From Thermoanaerobaculia bacterium (GTDB taxonomy: Bacteria > Acidobacteriota > Thermoanaerobaculia > Multivoradales > Multivoraceae): DNA of 64,000 bases. Each line of letters starts with the position of its first letter. Within the stretch, counting starts at the first letter, position 1. Shown one piece after another: positions 57,663 through 64,000 of the stretch. The position numbers and the translations under genes are program-made. The stretch is from contig OY761158.1 in the NCBI GenBank assembly GCA_963664405.1, positions 1,504,001 to 1,568,000 on the forward strand, in the 5' to 3' direction. The notes under the pieces are model-generated. The model saw only the letters and a program-made list of their open reading frames with translations, was not told the origin of the DNA and did not search any database.

Positions 57663-59198
57663 GTGGGCGCGACTTCGAAGCTCAATCTCTGGGCCGGCTG
57701 TACGGCGGCTCTCCTGGCGGTCTCGGGGCCCACTTCGGCACTCGATCCGACGCGAGCTTGTAGTGATCTCGCGGCCTACGATGCCGGCGACGTGCGGATC
57801 ACCTTGGCAGAGGCCATGACCGCCGGCACGCAGCCGGGCCATTGCAAGGTCGAGGGCGTGATCGAGACCGAGATCCGCTTCGAGCTCCTGCTGCCCGACG
57901 AATGGAACGGCCGTTTTTTCATGGGAGGTGGCGGGGGCTACGCCGGCAGCATCGAGAACACTGCCCAGAGCCCCCTCTTCGGAGTTACCGCCCTCGAGCG
58001 CGGCTACGCGACTGTCGGCACCGATACCGGCCACCAAGATGTGGGGGTGGAAGCCGACTGGGCTCTCGACAACGACGAGCGTGAGCTGAACTTCGGCTAC
58101 AGGGCTGTCCATCTCACGGCAGAGACGGCGAAGGACATGATCCGCCACTACTACGGTCGCGAGTCGGAGTACTCCTACTTCATCGGCTGCTCGCGAGGGG
58201 GTGGGCAGGCGATGGTGGAGTCGCAGCGCTTCCCCGACGACTTCGACGGCATCGTTGCCGGGGCACCGGCCTACGATTGGCCCGGCCTCGGCGCCGTGTT
58301 CTTGCAGACGCAGCAGGCGATCTATCCCGATCCGGCGAACCTCGCCGAGCCGGTCATCACCAACGACAACCAAGCACTGCTCCAAAAGAAGCTCCTATCG
58401 AGCTGCGATGCACAGGACGGTGTCGAAGACGGATTGATCGACGACCCGCGACGCTGCGACTTCGACCCGGCGAGCCTGCTCTGCCAAGGCGACGCCGGGG
58501 CCGAATGCCTCAGCGAACCCCAGTTGGCGGCGGTGCAGACGATCTACCGCGGTGCGCTCAGCAACGGCGAGCCTGTCTACCCCGGATTCCCGTATGGCGG
58601 AGAGAACGAGCTCACCGGGTGGAAAACGTGGGTCGTCGGGCGCGAGAACGGCATCGGTATCGGCAGGCCGAGCTTGCACTACGCCTTCGGCACCGAGATG
58701 TTCAAGTACCTGATCTTCGACGATCCCGACTTCGACTATTCGACCTACGACTTCTCCACCTTCCCCGCCGATACCGCACGAGCACGGAAGATCCTCGACG
58801 CGACCGACACCGATATGTCGGCTTTCGAGGAGTCCGGCGGAAAGTTCATCTGGTGGCAAGGGTGGTCGGACTCGGCGATCACTGCGCTCGGCACCATCGA
58901 CTACTACGAGAAGTTGGAGAAGCGCGATCCCGACGCCCGCGACTTCGCCCGCCTCTTTCTCATGCCTGGTGTGCTCCACTGCTCCGGTGGCCCTGGCCCC
59001 GATCGCGCCGACTGGATGGACGCGATCGCCAATTGGGTCGAGAAGGGAGAGGCGCCCGCGCGGGTGATCGCATCGAAGCGTTCCGTCGGCGGCGAGGTCC
59101 AGATGACTCGCCCGCTGTGTCCCTACCCCGAGGTCGCGATCTACGACGGCACCGGCAGCACCGACGACGCCTCCAACTTCCGCTGTGGCAGGCGCTAG
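57663..59198 (+). CDS. Tannase/feruloyl esterase family hydrolase
   Basis: LPDEWNGRF, TDTGH, GCSRGG, FDGIVAGAPA, WSD, PGVLHC, TRPLCPYP. Confidence 0.93.
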   Translation: MGATSKLNLWAGCTAALLAVSGPTSALDPTRACSDLAAYDAGDVRITLAEAMTAGTQPGHCKVEGVIETEIRFELLLPDEWNGRFFMGGGGGYAGSIENTAQSPLFGVTALERGYATVGTDTGHQDVGVEADWALDNDERELNFGYRAVHLTAETAKDMIRHYYGRESEYSYFIGCSRGGGQAMVESQRFPDDFDGIVAGAPAYDWPGLGAVFLQTQQAIYPDPANLAEPVITNDNQALLQKKLLSSCDAQDGVEDGLIDDPRRCDFDPASLLCQGDAGAECLSEPQLAAVQTIYRGALSNGEPVYPGFPYGGENELTGWKTWVVGRENGIGIGRPSLHYAFGTEMFKYLIFDDPDFDYSTYDFSTFPADTARARKILDATDTDMSAFEESGGKFIWWQGWSDSAITALGTIDYYEKLEKRDPDARDFARLFLMPGVLHCSGGPGPDRADWMDAIANWVEKGEAPARVIASKRSVGGEVQMTRPLCPYPEVAIYDGTGSTDDASNFRCGRR

Positions 59199-59241
59199 TC
59201 CCGCGCCGTAGCCCGCCGATCACGACCAGGAGAGAGCCGCC

Positions 59242-60294
59242 ATGTCACCAGCCGAGCCTGCGCCTTTGACCGATCGAGAAGGCTACTACCGTCGTCTGGG
59301 TCAGAAAAACATGGCCCCGCTGTGGGAAGTGATGAAGGGTCTGGTGCCGAACGAGCCGGTGCCCAGTCCCGCGCCGGCGATCTGGCGCTGGAACGACGTC
59401 CAAGATCTGGTGATGGAGGCGGGCGACATCATCACCGCCAAGGAGGCCGAGCGCCGTGTGCTGGTGCTCGAAAACCCGGCCCTGGCCGGGACATCCTGCA
59501 TCACCCAGTCGCTCTACGCCGGGCTGCAGATCATCCTTCCCGGCGAAGTGGCCGCCAGCCACCGCCACAGCCAGTCGGCTCTGCGCTTCGTCCTCTCCGG
59601 CGATGGGGCCTATACGGCAGTGGACGGCGAGCGCACCACCATGAGCCCGGGCGACTTCGTCATCACCCCGCCCTGGACCTGGCACGACCACGGCAACGAG
59701 AGCGACCATCCGATGGTCTGGCTCGACGGCCTCGACGTGCCCCTGGTCGGTTTTCTCGATGCCGGTTTCAAAGAGGACTACCCCGACGACAAGCAGCCGA
59801 TCACCCGGCCCGAAGGAGACTCACTGGCCCGCTTCGGCGAGGGGCTCCTTCCCGCCGGTCACGACGGCAGCTCCAACTGCTCTCCGGTCTTCAACTACCC
59901 CTACGAGCGCTCGAGAGAGGCGCTTGCCACTCTCGATCGCGACCAGGAGCGAGACCCGTGCTTCGGAGTTCGCCTCAAGTACGTGAACCCGGTCAACGGC
60001 GACTACGCCATGCCCACCATCGGCACCTTTTTGCAACTACTTCCTCAGGGCTTCACAACCGCGCCCTACCGCGCAACCGACGCCACCGTCTTCTCCCTGA
60101 TCGAAGGGAGAGGACGGACGGTGATCGGTGATGAGCTCCTCGAGTGGGGGGCTCGCGACGTATTCGTGGTGCCGGCGTGGTCTTGGTACCGGCACGAGGT
60201 CGAAGAAGAGTCCGTGCTCTTCAGCTTTTCAAACCGGCCGGTGCAGGAAAAGCTCGGCCTCTTCCGCGAAGAGCGGGGCGAGAAGACATCGTGA
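59242..60294 (+). CDS. gtdA: Gentisate 1,2-dioxygenase (bicupin)
   Basis: PLW, AERRVLVLENP, HRHSQSALRF, WHDHGN, WLDGLDVP, YVNP.NG..MPT. Confidence 0.9.
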   Translation: MSPAEPAPLTDREGYYRRLGQKNMAPLWEVMKGLVPNEPVPSPAPAIWRWNDVQDLVMEAGDIITAKEAERRVLVLENPALAGTSCITQSLYAGLQIILPGEVAASHRHSQSALRFVLSGDGAYTAVDGERTTMSPGDFVITPPWTWHDHGNESDHPMVWLDGLDVPLVGFLDAGFKEDYPDDKQPITRPEGDSLARFGEGLLPAGHDGSSNCSPVFNYPYERSREALATLDRDQERDPCFGVRLKYVNPVNGDYAMPTIGTFLQLLPQGFTTAPYRATDATVFSLIEGRGRTVIGDELLEWGARDVFVVPAWSWYRHEVEEESVLFSFSNRPVQEKLGLFREERGEKTS

Positions 60295-61385
60295 AGCTTC
60301 GCACAGGCTTCTTGCTCGTAGCTGTGCTGAGCGCCTCGGCGCCCTCGTTTGCGGAGGAGCCGATGGTCGAGGCCCGCCGGCGTTGGGTGGAAGAGTGGCT
60401 GGCCAGAGACAGCGACGGCGACGGTCGGCTCCGGCGTTCCGATGTGAAAGGCGCGACCGCCGAAGTGGGTTTCGCGGTGATCGATGAGAACACAGACGGT
60501 CTCGTTGACGCCTCCGAGCTGCGCCAATTCGCGAGAACGACGCTGTTCGTAAAGCACTCCTGGGTCAATCCCATCGCGGACGGAAGAGAGCTCCCGCCGG
60601 GCGTCAAGCATGCGACTTTCCTCAGCCCGTCGATGCAGCGAGAGGTGGGCTACGTCGTCTATCTTCCGCCTGGGTACACCGATTCCGCCAATGCTTCGCG
60701 TCGTTACCCTGTCGTCTACTACCTCCACGGCGGTCGGCCCGGCATCGAGACTCGCTCGATTGGGCTCACCCGTCACGTCCACGCCGCGATGACCCGTGGC
60801 GAGGTGCCGGCGGCGATCTACGTTTACGTCAATGGGGGCAAGGTCAGCCACTACAACTGGCCCGCAGGAGAATCGATGGGCGAAGACGTCTTCGTACACG
60901 AGCTCATACCCCATGTCGATGCCACCTACAGAACCATCGCCGACCGACGTGGCCGCGCCGTCGAGGGCTTCTCGCAAGGCGGTCGCGGGACCGCACGGAT
61001 CATGTTCAAGTACCACGGGCTCTTCGTCTCGGCGGCGCCCGGTGGCCCGGCGTTCTCGATGGAAAAGCAGATCTTCGAGAACGAAGGAGTCGAATACGAC
61101 ACTCGCCGGCCAGTCCCTCAGCGCTACGACTTCGGCAAAGGTAACGATGCCTATACCCTGGCCAAGGCCTACGCCGCCGATCCCGACCCACCACTCGCGA
61201 TCGCATTGTGGGTGGGGACGAAGGGGTTCAACTACGAGTCGGTGTTGGAATACATGGGATTCCTCTACGCGTTGGAGATCCCCCACCAGCGATTCGTCGT
61301 TCCCGAGGCAGAGCACTCCTCGTCGCAGCTGTACGAGCGCATTGGCGTTGAGCTCATGAACTTTCACGCGAGCAATTTCGAGTAG
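60291..61385 (+). CDS. Secreted esterase with an N-terminal EF-hand pair
   Basis: GTGA overlap with gtdA; DSDGDGRLRRSD and DENTDGLVDASE; YLPPGY, YYLHG, GFSQGG. Confidence 0.85.
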   Translation: MKLRTGFLLVAVLSASAPSFAEEPMVEARRRWVEEWLARDSDGDGRLRRSDVKGATAEVGFAVIDENTDGLVDASELRQFARTTLFVKHSWVNPIADGRELPPGVKHATFLSPSMQREVGYVVYLPPGYTDSANASRRYPVVYYLHGGRPGIETRSIGLTRHVHAAMTRGEVPAAIYVYVNGGKVSHYNWPAGESMGEDVFVHELIPHVDATYRTIADRRGRAVEGFSQGGRGTARIMFKYHGLFVSAAPGGPAFSMEKQIFENEGVEYDTRRPVPQRYDFGKGNDAYTLAKAYAADPDPPLAIALWVGTKGFNYESVLEYMGFLYALEIPHQRFVVPEAEHSSSQLYERIGVELMNFHASNFE

Positions 61386-61421
61386 GGCAGCGCCGCAGAA
61401 TCGGGCCGCGCCGAAGCCCGG

Positions 61422-61862
61422 TCAGGCCGACCCGGTAAGCGGGTTGACCGTCATAAGATCGGGGAAACGGCTGAAATCGCGGTCGGCCGTCCACAGCGCC
61501 TTCACACCGTGATCGAGGCAGAGAGTGGCGACCCGAGCTTCGTGGACCAGTGGTCCACGAATCCGGCCGGCATCCAGCAGCGCTCGCAATTGCCGCCAGT
61601 GCCGCGGCCCCTCCGACAGAAGCGTCACCGTTGGCGAGGCGAGCCAGGCGTCGATCTGCTCGATCGCCGCCTCCCTCGGAGTTGGAGGCGCCCAGATCCT
61701 GGGATGGGTCGCGATGGCATAGAACTCATGCAAACAGGGCCAGGGCAAGCCCCATGCGGAGCGACCCTCGGCCAAATCGGCAATACAGGCTTCGGCGGCC
61801 TCATGCCACTCACTGTCCTCACGATGGGCATAGACGAGGATGTTGGTGTCGACCGCGATCAA
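61422..61862 (-). CDS. vapC: PIN-domain toxin (VapC family)
   Basis: IAVDTNILVYA, HEF, TADRDFSRFP. Confidence 0.92.
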   Translation of the reverse strand: MIAVDTNILVYAHREDSEWHEAAEACIADLAEGRSAWGLPWPCLHEFYAIATHPRIWAPPTPREAAIEQIDAWLASPTVTLLSEGPRHWRQLRALLDAGRIRGPLVHEARVATLCLDHGVKALWTADRDFSRFPDLMTVNPLTGSA

Positions 61863-62104
61863 CCGCCGCGTCCCTCGTAGGCGGCTTCACGCGTCCGGCT
61901 CCAGGACCCGTCTTGAAACTCCATCTGCAGCCCCTCGCCTCGAAACGACCTCTTGCCCAGCTTGAAGGCGGCGGGAGACCGGCGGCGCTCGAGCTCATGT
62001 CGCAGCCCTGCCTCGATCAGCTCTCGCAGCGTAGTGCCCTCCTCTACCGCCACACTCTTTGCCTCCTCGCAGAGAGCGTCACCGATCTCTACAGTAGTCT
62101 TCAT
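61859..62104 (-). CDS. vapB: VapB-type (RHH) antitoxin
   Basis: MKTTVEIGDAL..AK..A...TTLRELIEAGLR; coupled to vapC. Confidence 0.88.
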   Translation of the reverse strand: MKTTVEIGDALCEEAKSVAVEEGTTLRELIEAGLRHELERRRSPAAFKLGKRSFRGEGLQMEFQDGSWSRTREAAYEGRGG

Positions 62105-62118
62105 ATGGGTAACCATAT
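62103..62118. promoter_or_regulatory. Palindromic operator candidate overlapping the vapB start
   Basis: ATATGG-GTAA-CCATAT inverted repeat. Confidence 0.55.
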
Positions 62119-62192
62119 CATCTTATATGTGGACCCTTACTCACTAGAATGGACGTTGTTGCAATCAGCTACCATGACGAAGAGGCTGAACA

Positions 62193-63653
62193 CTGACGGA
62201 CTTCATCACACCTCTCGACACGAGAGACAATTCTCTAGAAAGAGTCGGTGGCAAAGGCAGGTCCCTTTCCCGCCTAGCCAACGCCGGATTCGAAACGCCG
62301 GGAGGATTTCAGTTGCCCACCTCGGCATACAGGAGCTTTGTCGCCGACAACGACCTTCAAGAGAAAATACTGGCCCTCGCCAAACCCGTCATCGTCGACG
62401 GAGCCCTTTCTTTCGAGCAGGCCTCGGCGAGTATTCGGCAGCTCTTCGACCCGCGGGAGCTCTCCCCCACTCTGGCGCGAGAGATCACTGCCGCCTACCA
62501 GGCTCTCGACGGAAGCCCGGCCGTCGGCTTCCAGGCCTTTCTCGAAGAGCACGCGCCGGACGAAGGGCTCATCAGCGGTAGTTTCCTGAGCGGCTTCGCG
62601 TCGAGGACGCTCGACGCCGAGGCCGTCATGCGAGCCATCGCCGATCGCATCCGCACGAGCTCGTCGCTCTACGAGCTCATCATCATGACCCCGGAGACGC
62701 GCTTCCTCGCCGCGCTCGAGGAGCACCCGGAAGGCAAGGCGGTCCTGGAAGCCATCGACAAGTACCTCGATGACTATGGTCGACAAGTCTTCAATCTCGA
62801 CTTCGTCGAGCCCGCCCTGGCGGAAGAGCCCTTGCCTTTTGTCATGAGCTTGAAAGCACTGGTTCGCGACGCCGGGTACGACCTCGTGGCTCGGCAGCGT
62901 GACGTTGCCAAGATGCGCAGGTCGAAGTTCGTGGCGGCCCTCAAGTTCTTCAAAGGGAAACAGCGTTTCGCCTTCCTGAACCGTTACTTCACCGCGCGCG
63001 TCAACTATCCCAGCCGCGAAGAAGCCTTGTTCTTCATGGGCGCCGCCTGGGCCGTCTTGCGCCCCTTGGCCTTGGAGCTGGGCCGTCGACTGGCGAGCAT
63101 CGGCACCCTCGAGCAGCCGGATGACGTTTTCTATCTGACCCATGACGAGCTACGAGCGGCGATCGCAGCTCGGACCGAGAATCGAGCCATGCCGGAGCTG
63201 AAGAGCAAGGCCTCGGATCAACGCGCCCTGCGCGATCGACGCTTGCGGATGAATCAGCCGGCGGCGATTCCTGATCTTCCCGACAAACAAGGCCCCTGGT
63301 CGACACTGCGAAACAACGAGGCCGGCGAGGGCGTACTGCGAGGCTTCGCGGTGAGCCCGGGCAGCGTGACCGGGGTCGCCAGCGTCATCATGTCTCCTCA
63401 GGAGTTCGGCAAGATGAAGCCGGGCTCGATCCTGGTCTGCCCCCTCACTACGCCGGCCTGGACCCAGCTCTTTCCCCATGCCACCGGGCTGGTGACCGAC
63501 ATCGGCAGTATCCTGGCCCACGGCTCCATAGTCGCGCGCGAGTACGGCATTCCCGCGGTGCTCGGTATCGGCGACGTCACCCAGCGGGTCAAGAGCGGGC
63601 AGACGATCGCCGTCGACGGTGATCGAGGAACCGTGACGATTCTGGAAGGCTGA
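62193..63653 (+). pseudogene. PEP-utilising / rifampin-phosphotransferase-like protein with an in-frame internal deletion
   Basis: N-terminal VGGKG.SL..L..G..PGGF lies upstream of the track start. AVRSS/EDxxxxSFAG and the rest of the ATP-grasp domain are missing after SPAV. The His-swivel domain (GSILAHGSIVAREYGIPAV) is intact. Confidence 0.72.
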
Positions 63654-63698
63654 TCGTTCGCGACGCTGGCCGAGGTGGGGTGCCCTGGACGGCCGGCG

Positions 63699-64000
63699 CT
63701 AGTCGTGGCGCAGCGCGACCGTCGGCTCGGTACGAGACGCGCGTAGTGCCGGCAAGAGCGACGCCAAAAAGGCGATTGGCGCCAGAGCGGCGGCAACGGT
63801 AAGGAAGGTGAGCGGATCGAAGGGGCCGATCTCGAACAGAATCGAGCCAAGTAGGCGACTCAAGGCGAGCGCTACCGCCAACCCGATCCCGAGCCCGGCA
63901 GAACACAGTCGTATTGACTGGCCTAGAACCAGACGAAGCACCGAGCCGCGGTCGGCGCCCATCGCCATGCGGATGCCCATCTCGCCGGTGCGCTCGCGGG
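63699..64000 (-). CDS. ABC transporter permease (FtsX/ADOP-like), C-terminal part only
   Basis: EMGIRMAMGA..VLRLVL..DPLTF..PALRASRTEP.VALRHD. Confidence 0.9.
   Translation of the reverse strand, partial: RERTGEMGIRMAMGADRGSVLRLVLGQSIRLCSAGLGIGLAVALALSRLLGSILFEIGPFDPLTFLTVAAALAPIAFLASLLPALRASRTEPTVALRHD

Noticed and set aside
62313-63653. Functional rifampin resistance gene or PEP synthase
   Set aside because: Most ATP-binding motifs are missing and the substrate cannot be inferred.

Overview
High-GC bacterial DNA that is almost entirely coding. The gene repertoire (DUF1800/DUF1501 pair, DUF5916, several DUF3604 proteins, many secreted hydrolases, an FtsX/ADOP-like permease C-terminus) suggests an Acidobacteriota-like genome; this is an inference. 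I saw no rRNA, tRNA or CRISPR array. Most genes encode secreted or periplasmic hydrolases and oxidoreductases. Main points of interest: (1) a two-gene unit (27937-29706) encoding an HMG-CoA-lyase-family enzyme with a two-TM C-terminal tail, followed by a small protein with an archaeal-histone-like alpha2-L2-alpha3 segment fused to two TM helices; (2) a PqqD/RRE-centred modification cluster (41384-50343) with an HprK-like kinase, JmjC cupin, Tat-exported candidate substrate, PqqD, nucleotidyltransferase and GT-C glycosyltransferase, but no lasso cyclase or radical SAM enzyme; (3) a complete 3390-bp, four-ORF IS21 element with 40-bp IRs and an AATGC target duplication, inserted in the ELHW motif of that nucleotidyltransferase; (4) a 167-bp CTAG-bounded MITE-like element; (5) two equal-length DUF3604 paralogues; (6) several internally deleted gene remnants and two single-base frameshifts that may be sequencing errors. 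All family calls come from reading motifs by eye; no database search was run.
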